Positions 10,040-22,652 of a stretch of 64,000 nt of DNA are shown here, one piece after another; position 1 is the stretch's first letter; each line of letters opens with the position of its first letter. Position numbers and translations under genes: made by a program. The notes below the pieces were generated by a model that was not told the origin of the DNA, did no database searches, and was given only the letters and a program-made list of their open reading frames with translations. The DNA lies in NCBI GenBank assembly GCA_963784375.1, contig CAWAQY010000021.1, positions 51,093-115,092 on the forward strand, in the 5' to 3' direction. This stretch comes from an uncultured Chloroflexia bacterium. GTDB lineage: Bacteria > Chloroflexota > Dehalococcoidia > GIF9 > UBA5629.

Positions 10040-11816
10040 CTATTGGAGGGAGTTAAGGGCTTCCTTAATCTCGTTCGGCAGTTTCGAAACTGCCTTCTTG
10101 TTTCTTTCGTATAATACCACTGCTATCGATAAAAAACGTTCTGGGATATACTTTATCTGGTATGCCCGGCCAGCAACCCTATCGGTATCAACGTAAATCG
10201 GCAGAGTCCACTTTTCCTGGACAATGGCCTTCTGGACAAACTCAGGGTAAATCATCGAGATTGATCGCCAGGATTTTTATTTTATCTGAACCGGACAATG
10301 TTTTATATACAGCGTCAATATCAGGCATTTCAGCCATGCAGGCACCGCACCCAGAGCCCAGAAGTTAACCATAACTATTTTCCCGCGGAGGCTGCTCAGG
10401 GTAATCGAAGCGCCATCAAGTGTATATACTTTGAAATCGGGGGCACGTTTTCCGACATCTGGGCCAGTCGGAACAGGCGTTAATGTTTTAAACGGTTGTG
10501 TAATCTCAGACATGGCTTCATTTTTATTAGCATCTTTCGATTTGATTCTGAAAAAGTATGTTTTTTCCGGCTCCAAGCCGCTTAAAGTCAAGCTGTGATT
10601 CGTAAGCAGGCTGTCCTCCTGGACTGTAGTCCCATAGGCCACTGATGCTCCATATTCAATTACCCCGGTAGCTTTTTCATCTGTTATCCAGGTGATTGTG
10701 GCAGTTGTGTCAGAGATATCGGCAATTTTAATACCTGAAATTACCGGTGGATTAACATCAGGTGGAGTTGCGGTACTAAATTTCTCTTCGGCATTTGATG
10801 TTGCTAAATTGCCCCCCGCATCCTTTGACCTTACCTTATAGTAATATTGGGTATTCGGATTTAGTGCGCTCAGTTTAACGGTGTGTTTGGTAACCAGTTC
10901 ATCATTAAGTGCGCTTGTCTTACCAAAGCTTATTGTTGTGCCATATTCTACCTGGGTAGTAGAAGGCTCATCGGTTGTCCAGGTAATGACCGCATTCGTA
11001 TCGTTCACTTCGGTGACAAGGATATTACTGATTAATGGCGCAGTGGTATCTATAATAACGGGAGGTTTCGCTGCACTCGCCTGGGGGAATTCCAGTTTTG
11101 GTAAATCTATTTTAGGAATTCTGGAAAACGCGGTCTGGATAACATTGCTGTTTATTAATTGAAAAATACCAACGCCTATAATGACCAATAAAATTACTAT
11201 CCCAGCAATGCGAAGTACCAGTGCTGCCGGCGAAGGTCCCCAACCCCTGCGGTCTTTGTTTCTAAGCTTTTCAGGTGCAGGGAAATCTTCTGCAGCCAGC
11301 CCCTTAGATTGACGCAGCCACCTTTTTGGGGCTATGTCTTTCAACTGAGAAGATTCTGATTCCTGTAAAGGTGTGCGATAGACCTCTGAGCTTTGCCCCG
11401 GATGTCGATTTGTTGTTGCTGAGCCATCATCCTGTGTCATGGCAAATGGGGGCATTGTTCCCCGCACCCGTCCATATTGTCCGCTCCCTAACATGCCGCA
11501 TTTAGGACATCTTGTTTCAGCATGATCTGAAGGATGGCCACAATTGGGGCATTGAAATTCAATCTTATGAGTTTTGGTTTCCTCAGCGCGTGAACTTGCT
11601 GGCGTAATTGCACCCATCTTTGAAGGAGGTTTAAAGTTATGGTCTTCCCAATTACATTTACTGCAAATTCTGGAATTTGGCTCAAGAAGATGACTTTTAT
11701 CGCAAGACCTGGCGCCACAATTCGGGCAAGTAGCAATATTAGGGTCTTTTTGTTTACCACATGATGGGGCAATAGCATGGACCTATTTCAGGTGGCAAAT
11801 TCGGTTTCAGATACAA
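10040..11816 (-). CDS. Paralogous zinc-ribbon / TM / 2xFN3-like / TlpA-type thioredoxin protein; several indels
   Basis: Frame-joined N-terminus CPSCGKQKDPNIATCPNCGARSCDKSH..ICSKCNWED matches the 7361..9301 protein. Then TM, two WTTDE/WITDE..EYG FN3 repeats, and VNFWALG-CGAC-MAEMP after a frame correction. Start position is approximate. Confidence 0.8.
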
Positions 11817-11889
11817 TTTACTATTCCCCGGTTATTTCCTCTAAGTCTATATGATTAACTAAATTACAGACAAGGAAACTTCATATAAA

Positions 11890-13149
11890 TTAATTGATAA
11901 TGTCCGCACCCATATATGGTCTTAAGACTTCAGGGATTACTACACTGCCGTCAGCTTGCTGGTAATTTTCCAAAAGCGAGATAACTACCCTGGGAAGAGC
12001 CAACCCTGATCCATTAAGGGTGTGTACAAATTGTGGTTTTGCATTTGAGTCCGGTCGATAGCGGATATTAGCGCGTCTTGCCTGAAAATCTTTACAATTA
12101 CTGCATGAGCTTACCTCAAGCCATTCCTTGCAACCCGGAGCCCAGATCTCTATGTCAAATGACTTGGCCGAGGCGAAACCCATTTCTCCCGTACATAGTT
12201 GCACGACACGATAAGGAATTTCCAGTTTCCTGCATACATCTTCGACATCGCCCACCATTTTTTCCAGCTCTTCAGGCGATTTCTCGGGTTCAACGAATTT
12301 ATAGAGCTCAACTTTGTCAAATTGATGTCCTCTTTTAATTCCCCGGGTGTCTTTTCCTGCTGCCATTTTCTCACGCCGGAAGCAAGCAGTGTATGCGCAG
12401 TAGTGAAAGGGTAACGTTTCCGCCGGAATTATTTCGTCACGATGCAGGTTGGTCAGGGGGACTTCTGCAGTAGGTACGAGCCACAAATCATCTTCGGCAT
12501 CATGATAAAGATTGTCGGCAAATTTCGGCAAATTGCTTGACCCGACCAAACACTCACGTTTCACCACGAAAGGAGGATAAATTTCTGTATATCCATGTTC
12601 TTTTACATGAAGGTCGAGCATGAAATTAATAAGAGCCCGCTGCAAGCGGGAACCCATACCTTTTAATATATAAAAACGCGTTCCGGAAAGCTTGACCCCT
12701 CGCTGAAAATCTATTATGTCCAGCTTTTCACCCAGTTCCCAATGAGGCAGCGGAGTAAAAGGCAATGTACGAGGTTCACCCCATGTTCTTATTATTTTAT
12801 TGTCGTCAGCATCTTTACCAATTGGCACATCAATTTCAGGGATATTCGGCAGTCTGAGCAGAAATTCTTCCAATTCAGCGGACATTTTCGCTGACTCCGT
12901 TTCCAACGCAGTTATCTGTTCCCCAACGGATCGCATTTCTGTTATCAATTCAGATGGCTTCTCTTTCATCTTACTGATCTGTTTACTCACTTCGTTGCGT
13001 TTGGCCCGGAGAGTCTCAGCCTGCTTAAGCGACATTCGATAACGTTCGTCAAGGTTTATTATTTCATCGAGCGGAGCATTGTCATTCCGATTTTGCAATG
13101 CCTGTCGAATCAGCTCCGGGTTTTCGCGAATGATCTTTATATCAATCAT
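11890..13149 (-). CDS. serS: Seryl-tRNA synthetase
   Basis: PTAEVP, CFRRE, HQFDKVE, EVSSCSNC.DFQARR, HTLNGSGLA. Confidence 0.98.
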   Translation of the reverse strand: MIDIKIIRENPELIRQALQNRNDNAPLDEIINLDERYRMSLKQAETLRAKRNEVSKQISKMKEKPSELITEMRSVGEQITALETESAKMSAELEEFLLRLPNIPEIDVPIGKDADDNKIIRTWGEPRTLPFTPLPHWELGEKLDIIDFQRGVKLSGTRFYILKGMGSRLQRALINFMLDLHVKEHGYTEIYPPFVVKRECLVGSSNLPKFADNLYHDAEDDLWLVPTAEVPLTNLHRDEIIPAETLPFHYCAYTACFRREKMAAGKDTRGIKRGHQFDKVELYKFVEPEKSPEELEKMVGDVEDVCRKLEIPYRVVQLCTGEMGFASAKSFDIEIWAPGCKEWLEVSSCSNCKDFQARRANIRYRPDSNAKPQFVHTLNGSGLALPRVVISLLENYQQADGSVVIPEVLRPYMGADIIN

Positions 13150-13167
13150 TAATAAATAAGTCCTCAG

Positions 13168-14647
<1,480 letters not shown>

Positions 14648-14652
14648 ACAAT

Positions 14653-15121
14653 TCAGCTTACTTCCATTATTTTCAGTTTAAGCAATCCTGAAGGGGTCTT
14701 TACTTCAACCTTGTCCCCTCTTTTTTTCCCGAGCAATGCGTGGCCTACCGGGGATTCGTCTGAAATCTTTCCATCCACGGGGTTTGCTTCTGTGCTCCCA
14801 ACAATAGTATATTGCTCAATTTTACCATCCTGATTTTGAATAAGCACCTTATCGCCCAGTTCAACCAGGCCCGCTACTGCGGGGGCTTCTATTATGATGG
14901 CATTCCTGATGATGTTTTCCAACATCAAAATCCTGCCTTCGACAAAGGCCTGTTCGTTTTTGGAATCATCGTATTCAGCGTTATTTTCAGTTCCGCCTAC
15001 TTCGCGGGCACGTTTAATTTTTTCAGCAATTTCCGATCTCTGTACCGTGGTCAGTGTGCTTAAGCTCCGATTCCATTTCGGCTAAACCTTGTTTGGTAAC
15101 ATGAATTTTCTTTTGTCCCAT
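14653..15121 (-). CDS. greA: Transcription elongation factor GreA; indel in the 5' part
   Basis: MGQKKIHVTKQG..; ENAEYDDSKNEQAFVEGRI; ISDESPVGHALLG. Confidence 0.95.
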
Positions 15122-15147
15122 GAAATGCCCCCAAATTAAAAGGTAGT

Positions 15148-15179
15148 AAAAAAGACTGAGAGCACGAAGACTCTCAGTC
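15148..15179 (-). terminator. Intrinsic terminator in the greA 5' leader (attenuator)
   Basis: GACTGAGAG-TCTTCGTG-CTCTCAGTC-TTTTTT between the promoter and the greA ATG. Confidence 0.8.
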
Positions 15180-15198
15180 GACACAAAACTTGAATAAC

Positions 15199-15227
15199 AT
15201 TATAAGCTGGTTTAATTTGGTTGTAAA
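15199..15227 (-). promoter_or_regulatory. sigma70 promoter of greA-lysS-serS
   Basis: TTTACA-17 nt-TATAAT. Confidence 0.7.
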
Positions 15228-15271
15228 GTAGTCAAATGATATAATAGCGATGTTTTTTAATAAAACTAACC

Positions 15272-16325
15272 ATGAAAAACCTTTATGTACTTTCAAAAGG
15301 AAACGCGGGGAAAACTGCCTTCTGCGCCGTTTTGGGCAAGAAGTTAGTAAACTGCGGTAAAAAAGTAGGCTATTATGTTCCTGTTCACCTTCCTGAAGAT
15401 GCTAAAAGAAAAGAGTATAAAGAGATTGAATTCCTGAAGGAAATTCTTGGTTTGGAAGATCCCTCCCATGAGATTTCTCCGCTTGCTTTATCCAGTTCAG
15501 AGCTCTGGGAAAACCTCACGAACAGCCCCGAAGAGTTTACTAAGAAAATGAGGAAAAACTGTGAACGCGTTGCAAAGAACAGGGATGTAGTCATAATTGA
15601 GGGATTAGGGGGCTTATCTACAGATAATGTATCCACGCTTGCATGCTATCGGATTGCAGAAGCTTTGGATTCTAAAGTTATTATCATATTACAGGACTCT
15701 TCGACCTTAGCTCCGGCAGAAATCGCCCGTGTCGCTCATGGAATTGAAACAAAAGCTATTGGGAATCGTTGTTAACCTCGCTCCGGGGTCGAGGATCAGT
15801 CAAAGAAAACGTGAAATAATAGATTCGTTTCAAAAAGAGGGGATAAAAATCCTGGGCGTGCTTCCGGAACTACGGAACCTGCTCGGTTTCTCCGTTAAGC
15901 AATTGGCTGAGCTTTTACATGGGGATGTCGTAACCTGTCCTGAAGAGACAGATAAGCTTGTGGCAAATGTAATGCTGGGAGCACTGACAATCGATTCCGG
16001 TGTGAGCTATTTTAGTCGTAAAAAGGACAAGGCAGTTATTGTTCGGGGCGAGCGCGCAGATATGCAGTTGGCTGCGTTACAGACGTCAACGAGTTGTCTG
16101 GTCCTTACGGATAATGTCAAACCGCTGGAGGCAGTAATTTTCGAGGCAGAAAGAAAGCATGTGCCTCTGGTGGTAGTGCCGGGGAATATTACGGATACCA
16201 TAGCCGCTGTGGAACAGGCAATAGGTTGTTCTGCCTTTTCCAGCTCTGAAAAACTGAAACAGTTTGAAGAAATCCTGAATCAACACCTGGATTTTGCTTT
16301 TATTCAGTCGGAACTTGGTCTGTAA
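15272..16325 (+). CDS. BioD-like/DRTGG phosphotransacetylase N-terminal-domain family protein; indel near 15730
   Basis: GNAGKT P-loop, VVIIEG, and VIVRGERADMQLAAL..CLVLT DRTGG-like segment. Confidence 0.85.
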
Positions 16326-16564
16326 AGTGTTGTTTCCAGGATTTGCTTCGCTTCATGAGCGTAATCAACCGGTACCTGAATTTCCACCTGTCCCAGTCCG
16401 TCCACGGTAATTCCATAGACATTGCCAACGCTTTCATAGCGTAGGATGGCAGGTATGCCTTCAACCTCCAGTCGCCCCCTGATTATCTCTGCTTCAGGCT
16501 GCCCTATGGCTGTGTAGACTGTGACCAGTTTAATTTTTCCAGTCATATACTTTGTCAGTCCCAT
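16304..16564 (-). CDS. DUF2007 (PII-like) small protein
   Basis: EAEIIRGRLEVEGIPA..GQVEIQVP..AHEAKQIL. Confidence 0.8.
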   Translation of the reverse strand: MGLTKYMTGKIKLVTVYTAIGQPEAEIIRGRLEVEGIPAILRYESVGNVYGITVDGLGQVEIQVPVDYAHEAKQILETTLYRPSSD

Positions 16565-16612
16565 CTATAAACAATCTTAACGTTGATTGTAAAATTGCTG
16601 TGGAGAAAAAGA

Positions 16613-16650
16613 AAGCCGCAACAGGGAATTAACTACCCCTGTTGCGGCTT
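16613..16650 (-). terminator. Intrinsic terminator
   Basis: aagccgcaacaggg / ccctgttgcggctt 14-bp stem followed by TCTTTTT on the minus strand. Confidence 0.85.
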
Positions 16651-16679
16651 ATCTATTTCAACAGTAGTTTAATCTATTA

Positions 16680-17386
16680 TTAAAATGCTACTTCTTTACT
16701 GGAACTGCATGCCGCATTCTTGTCAAGGTTGCACTGCAGTGCCCAGATATCAGCTTTGCACTCAGAATGCGGAGCACCGGTAATTCCCCAGTCACCACCG
16801 CCACCGGCACTGCGGCGATCGCTATTACCACGATGCATGGGATGTGTATCGATGTATTTAGCCGGCCGATCCTGCTCCGGTCATATTCGCCAGCAGCTTT
16901 GCCGCCCCAGCTCTTATTGGCAAATGCAAGGCTCACGCCCCAGCATTTGGCGCAATGGGCATAACCAACTATTGCCTTTGCATTGCAGGTAGCGGCTTCT
17001 CAGCGTAGGTTGGAACCGCACAGGCACCTGTTCCCGGGCATTCTGTAGATGCTTTGCAGGCTTTAGGATCAGTGCAGCCTCCGAGTACGCCCTGCCTGAT
17101 CATTGCATGAAGCGCAGCTGCCAAAGCAGGTACCGGCATTTGCGCTCAAAGTGCAACCGGTTAATACTGCCGGTAAAGCACCACCTGCTAAGCGTGACAT
17201 AGCAGTTACGGGAGTTTTGCCCCAGTTATCCAAATAAAGGAAACAGGAATTGGCGTTATCCTCCCATTTTACTTTCTCCCAGCTACAATCTTTATCCAGA
17301 GAACCAGCAAATACAGTAGCAGGGAATAACACCAGAGATAGTGCTAGCACGGCAAACATTAAGCCAGCTATTTTCCTCATAGTCAT
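16680..17386 (-). CDS. Secreted Cys-rich hypothetical protein (about 230 aa after indel repair)
   Basis: AGGAGG RBS and signal peptide ending ATVFA. Successive frames give CFGSCASCN, GCTDPKACKASTECPGTGACAV, TCNAK..HCAKCWG, ECKADIWALQCNLDKNAACSSSKEVAF*. Terminator follows. Confidence 0.65.
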
Positions 17387-17567
17387 AGTACCTCCTATTA
17401 TTTTGTCAGATTATTTTACAAGGTAAAAAAACGCTTGTCAATAGGCAAGGCTGAAATATTCTTGAAAATCATAGTGACAAACGTTACAATTACTGGCTAT
17501 TGCGGTTAATTTTTTAATACATTTGGCTCAATTTTAGTGAAAGTTAATCTGACGGAGGATATTTGAT

Positions 17568-17945
17568 TTGGATGTTCTGGGGAAGCATTTATTGCTTGAA
17601 CTTAGAGATTGTAACCGGGAAACAATCGATAATATTGAGTTCATAAAAGAGATTCTCTGCGAAACTGCCGAGAAAATAGGGGCCACAATAGTTAACCAGG
17701 CTTTCCATAAATTTGCTCCTCAAGGTGTAAGCGGTGTAGTAGTAATTGCCGAATCCCACATATCTATCCATACCTGGCCGGAGTATGGATATGCCTCTGT
17801 AGATATATTTACCTGCGGCAACATCATTGATCCCAAAAGTGCTATCAACCTTTTGGTGGAAAGGCTGGAAGCAAAAGAGTCATCTTTCATCGAGCTCAAA
17901 AGGGGTATCCTGCAGGGGAACAAGGTTGTTTGCGGAATAAAATGA
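17568..17945 (+). CDS. speD: S-adenosylmethionine decarboxylase proenzyme
   Basis: GKHLLLE, FAPQGVSGVVVIAESHISIHTWPE, VDIFTCG. Confidence 0.96.
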   Translation: MDVLGKHLLLELRDCNRETIDNIEFIKEILCETAEKIGATIVNQAFHKFAPQGVSGVVVIAESHISIHTWPEYGYASVDIFTCGNIIDPKSAINLLVERLEAKESSFIELKRGILQGNKVVCGIK

Positions 17946-18863
17946 TTCCCGATTATTTTGGTAAAGGTTCCTGGCTGCACGACAGGGTTACCCCCGACCT
18001 CATCCAGAGTCACAGTATCAAGAAATATATCTATTCAGGAAAAACCGAGTTTCAATCGGTAAGTATTGTCGATACCAATGCCTTCGGTATCTGTCTTGTC
18101 CTTGACGGTAAAATACAATCCAGTGAGTATGACGAGTTCATTTACCACGAAGCCCTGGTACATCCTGCCATGCTGGTTCATTCCTGCCCGGAGAAGGTCT
18201 TTATTGCTGGAGGTGGTGAGGGAGCTACTTTGCGGGAGGTCTTATCTCACACATCTGTTAAAAAAGCGGTTATGGTGGATATTGACAAAGAGGTTGTCGA
18301 TATCTGCCGCCGCTTTCTTCCTACCTTTCATCGGGGCTCCTTTGATGATACGCGCGTTGAATTGCATTTTACCGATGCCAGAAAGTATCTCCAGGAGTCC
18401 CCTGAAAAATTCGATGTTATAATTCTTGACCTGGTTGAACCGTTGGAAGCAGGGCCTGCCTGTATGTTGTATACCAGGGAGTTTTACCAGATTGTGCGGG
18501 ACAAGCTTAATGAAGGCGGCATTGTGTCAGTGCAATGCGGGGCATCAGGGTGGGTCAATGTCCAGAATTATTGTGCAATCGTAGCTACATTGAAATCAGT
18601 TTTTACTACAGTCTGCCCTTACCAGGTATACGTGCCCGCCTTTGTTGACCAGTGGGGTTACGCTACTGCCTCTCTAAGTTTGAATCCCGCCTTACTGTCA
18701 CCGGGCACAATAGACGTGAGTGTATCTATCCAGGCTGACTAACCTATTAAAATCCTATGACGGCATCAGCCATCAGAAACTGTTTGCCCTTTCCAAACAT
18801 CTGCGTCAGCAACTTGCCTCGGCCAATAAAGTTATAACAGATGCCAACCCGGTTGTCATGTGA
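17942..18863 (+). CDS. speE: Polyamine aminopropyltransferase; indel near 18730
   Basis: LVLDGKIQS, YHEALVHPA, IAGGGEGATLRE, VDID, FDVIILD. Confidence 0.94.
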
Positions 18864-18927
18864 AGACATTTTAGCGTATAGTCTAGCGGAAATTGCGTCT
18901 CAAATAAAAAAGTGAAAAGGTAAGGGA

Positions 18928-19506
18928 ATGTCATATCGAAGAATCAGCACTGATAACCTAACTCCCATCTGGATAATAATGATTATCAACTTAATGGTAT
19001 ATATTGCTACCCTGGTATCCGGCAAATTAATATTCTTGTTGGGATTAAGTGCTGCTACTTTCCTGGCGCAACCCTGGACGATCATAACCAGTATGTTCAC
19101 CCATGGTGGCCTGTGGCATATTCTGGTAAATATGCTGACGTTATACTTTTACGGCAGTTTCCTGAGCCAGCTCGTGGGAAATAAAAACTTACTGATTATA
19201 TATTTCTGCGGTGGTATATTGGGAAATATTTTCTACCTTTTGCTGGCATTTAATCCGAATTCTATTGTCATTGGAGCCTCCGGTGCGGTATTTGCCCTGG
19301 GAGGAGCACTGGCTGTCTTGACACCAAGACTTAAGGTTTACATATTCCCCATCCCCGTCCCCATGAACCTGTGGATAGCGGTGATCGGAGGTTTCCTTAT
19401 ATTGTCACTGATTCCGGGAATAGCCTGGCAAGCACACCTCGGCGGTTTGGTTTTTGGTCTTCTCGCCGGCTACTATTTTCGCAAGAGACGTCCCTTGTTA
19501 TTTTAA
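18928..19506 (+). CDS. Rhomboid intramembrane serine protease
   Basis: PWTIITSMFTH..HILVNM, GASGA, AHLGG. Confidence 0.94.
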   Translation: MSYRRISTDNLTPIWIIMIINLMVYIATLVSGKLIFLLGLSAATFLAQPWTIITSMFTHGGLWHILVNMLTLYFYGSFLSQLVGNKNLLIIYFCGGILGNIFYLLLAFNPNSIVIGASGAVFALGGALAVLTPRLKVYIFPIPVPMNLWIAVIGGFLILSLIPGIAWQAHLGGLVFGLLAGYYFRKRRPLLF

Positions 19507-19603
19507 TCCCTTAAATCGGCCCTCTTTGCTCATAGATACCACCCTGATGTACAGTGGTAGCCTTCGTTTTTCTAAAATGCGGAAAAGGATGTAGTATATT
19601 TTT

Positions 19604-20134
19604 ATGAAATCGGTCCGGTCCAAGAAGTCGGCAGAGGCATATCTCGATATTGAGACTACCGGTTTATCACAGCTATACGATGCCATAACCGTTGTCGGCA
19701 TTTACCTGTGCAGCGATAAAGAGGAGAGACTGGTACAGTTATTTGGAGACCAGATAACAAAAGACAATTTGAAATCGGCTCTGAAAAATGTACGCAGGAT
19801 ATATACCTATAATGGGAGACGGTTTGACCTCCCTTTCATTGATGCATTTCTGGGGATTGACCTGGAAGCAGAATTTGATCACTGCGACCTGATGTATGAT
19901 TGTTGGGCCTGCAATCTCAGAGGTGGTTTTAAGGCAGTTGAGCGGCGGCTACAAATTCCCAGGCAGACGGAAGGTGTAACGGGACTTGATGCCGTAAGGT
20001 TATGGTGGCAATACCGGGAAAGCTATGATGAGGATGCTCTTAACTTGCTGCTCCAATATAACAAGGAAGATGTGGTGAATTTAAAAGAGTTAAGAATTAA
20101 GCTATCCGAGTACAAGGACGGGCTTCAGTACTGA
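19604..20134 (+). CDS. RNase H-like (YprB/MrfB-type) exonuclease
   Basis: YLDIETTGL, TYNGRRFDLPF, LLQYNKEDV. Confidence 0.88.
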   Translation: MKSVRSKKSAEAYLDIETTGLSQLYDAITVVGIYLCSDKEERLVQLFGDQITKDNLKSALKNVRRIYTYNGRRFDLPFIDAFLGIDLEAEFDHCDLMYDCWACNLRGGFKAVERRLQIPRQTEGVTGLDAVRLWWQYRESYDEDALNLLLQYNKEDVVNLKELRIKLSEYKDGLQY

Positions 20135-20203
20135 CAGCGGTAGTTTAATTAGAAAAATAGCCTGATTTTGAGAAAATCTTCTACAAATAGTTTCGGGTTG
20201 CTT

Positions 20204-21422
20204 TTAACGGGATAGTGAAGGAGTGTGGAGTACAAAGCCCTTCTTTTCTGCTTCGAAAATATCTTTGAGAGCCAGTGTCCTCCCTGTTTGAATTGAATTG
20301 AAACCATACTTCTTGCGGATACGGTCAAAGGCTTTGTCCAGGCGTTCCTGCCGCTGTGATTTGTAATCGAAGAGCTGTAACTGTTTTCCCTCTCCCGCCA
20401 GGTTTGATACTTCTACGCCAAGGAGTCGTACCAGCTTCTGTTTTCCTGAAAGAGCGCTATTTAGCAAACGGGCGGCGGTGGTAAAAATAGTATCATCGGA
20501 ATCGGTAGTTTCCGCTGAGCTATGGCTGCGATTGATAGTATCAAAATCGGCGTATCTCAGTTTTAAGGAAATGCTCTTGGCCCGTTTGTTTTGCTGCCTC
20601 AGTTCCGCTCCAACTCTTTCACAGAGGTAGCGCAAAATAGCCTGGAGTACGTTGGAAATCGAGGGTATCCTGGGCAAGAGTGGTTTCCCTGCTGATAGAT
20701 TTAGCCTCCCCTGAAGGTTCAATCTTCCTGTTATCAATACCGTTGGCATGCCGATATAAGTACATTCCGGAGTCGCCCAAGATTCTTTTGGCGGACTCGG
20801 GAGTTAATTTTGCCAGTTGACCTATGCTGGTGATGCCGTATGTTTTCAATGCTTGTTCAGTTTTAGGCCCGACACCGGGCAGCTTTTTAATCGGAAGCGG
20901 TGCCAAAAATTCCTTTTCCTGTCCAGGTGGAACCTCGATGAGCCCATCCGGTTTACTGAGGTCCGAAGCAATTTTAGCCACCACTTTACTGCTGGCAATC
21001 CCAATTGAAGCAACCAGGCAAAGCTCATTTTTGATGCGCCCTTTCATGGATAAAGCGATCTGGTGCGGGGAACCGAAAATATCGCAGCCGGTAATATCAA
21101 GGTACGCCTCGTCCAATCCACCCGGCTCTATGCAGGGCGAGAAGTCAGCCAGAATTGCCATGAATTGATCAGACGCTTCCCGGTAGCGGGAAAAATTACC
21201 CTGCAGGAATATGGCCTGAGGGCAGAGACGATATGCCCTGGTCAGGGGCATCGCTGAATGAATTCCGAAAGCTCGGGCTTCATAGGAGGCTGAAGCGACT
21301 ACACCCCGGCGGTCAGGCTGCCCTCCCACTATGACAGGTTTACCTCTGAGGGAGGGATTTAATGCCTGTTCCACGGAGACGAAAAAGGCATCAAGGTCAA
21401 CATGAAAAAAACCACGGATCAT
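20204..21422 (-). CDS. dinB: DNA polymerase IV; indel near 20655
   Basis: HVDLDAFFVSVE, SASYEARAFG, LDEAYLD, SDLSKPDG, LKLRYADF. Confidence 0.96.
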
Positions 21423-21487
21423 AACTGCAATTCCTTATTCGCCTGTTGTTCTCTTTAGAAAAGTTAGGAGATATACTTTTGGCGGCG

Positions 21488-21706
21488 TTACCTTTTATCA
21501 TTGTTTGCCGGGCTACTCACGGGAACCACCGATTTTACCTTGCGTTCTAAAATCGTTCTGTCAACGAGTATTTGCCTCTGGCAGCCCAGGCATTTTATTC
21601 TGAAGTCTACTCCGATCTGGAGCACCTCCCATCCATTGCTGCCGCAGGGATGTTTTTTACGCAGCTGGATAGTATCGCCCGGTTTCAGGTCCTTCATTGT
21701 TGGCAT
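21488..21706 (-). CDS. DUF951 family protein
   Basis: LRKKHPCGSNGWEV..GVDFRIKCLGC. Confidence 0.9.
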   Translation of the reverse strand: MPTMKDLKPGDTIQLRKKHPCGSNGWEVLQIGVDFRIKCLGCQRQILVDRTILERKVKSVVPVSSPANNDKR

Positions 21707-22515
21707 GGCTTATTCAACTGGCTGGTCACATTGTTAATTCTATCTCTCAACTCCCGGGCAGTGTTTCGGGCTGCTTCGGCAAAGTCGCTTTGTTTGGAGG
21801 CATAGAGCACCTGTCTGTGAGACATTGATGATGGCCTTCTCGGCATGGGCATCAATTCCATCTTCAACTGCCTGTGCCAGGTCGCCTCCCTGGGAGCCGA
21901 CGCCAGGAATAAGCAACGGCATAGTGGGGCAAAGTTGCCGTATTTGTTTCAATTCCTGCGGATAGGTGGCACCGACCACCAACCCGATATTTCCATGGAT
22001 ATTCCATTCGGTCGCCTTTCTGGCGACTATTTCATATAAATGTCTGCCGTTGGAATCTGACAAGATCCTGGAAGTCCTTCGCTCCGGGATTCGAGGTGCG
22101 GCACAGGATGAATACCCCCTTATCTTCATAATTGAGGAAAGGCTCGATAGCGTCAAAACCCAGATAGGGGTTTACCGTTGCTGCATCGAAGCCGAACATA
22201 TCGAAGAGGCTCTTAGCATAGGCTTTGGCGGTATTGCCGATATCTCCACGCTTGGCATCACCTATGATAGGGATATGTTCCGGGTATGCATTCGATGGTC
22301 TCCAGCAACGCTTCCAGCCCCTCAATGCCCAGAGCTTCATAAAAAGCCAGGTTTGGTTTATAAGCACAGACCAGGTCGCTGGTAGCAGAAATAATCGCCT
22401 CGTTAAATTCAAAGATGCTTACGTCCGGCATTAAGTCCGGGTCGGGGTCAAGGCCGATGCAGAGCAGGCTTTTATTCGCGCGGCTTGCTGCCAGGAGCTT
22501 GTCCACAAATGTCAT
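21694..22515 (-). CDS. pyrF: Orotidine-5'-phosphate decarboxylase; several indels
   Basis: [59 protein letters not shown] spread over three frames. Confidence 0.95.
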
Positions 22516-22652
22516 AGCTGCATTATAGCTCAACACGTCAAGGTATCCAAGCATCTGTGGGTGCCTATCTTCAAACGCCCACGGGGGGGCAACGCTTGTC
22601 AACATCCTTACTCCCTTATTCAGGCAAAATCCCTGTGCTATAATACGATTCT

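Noticed and set aside
17069-17071. TGA ending ORF 17069..17386 as selenocysteine
   Set aside because: The Cys-rich sequence continues in another frame after a GGG run, which fits an indel rather than read-through.
21423-21487. LexA box upstream of dinB
   Set aside because: Only a GAAC half-site; no GAAC-N4-GTTC palindrome.
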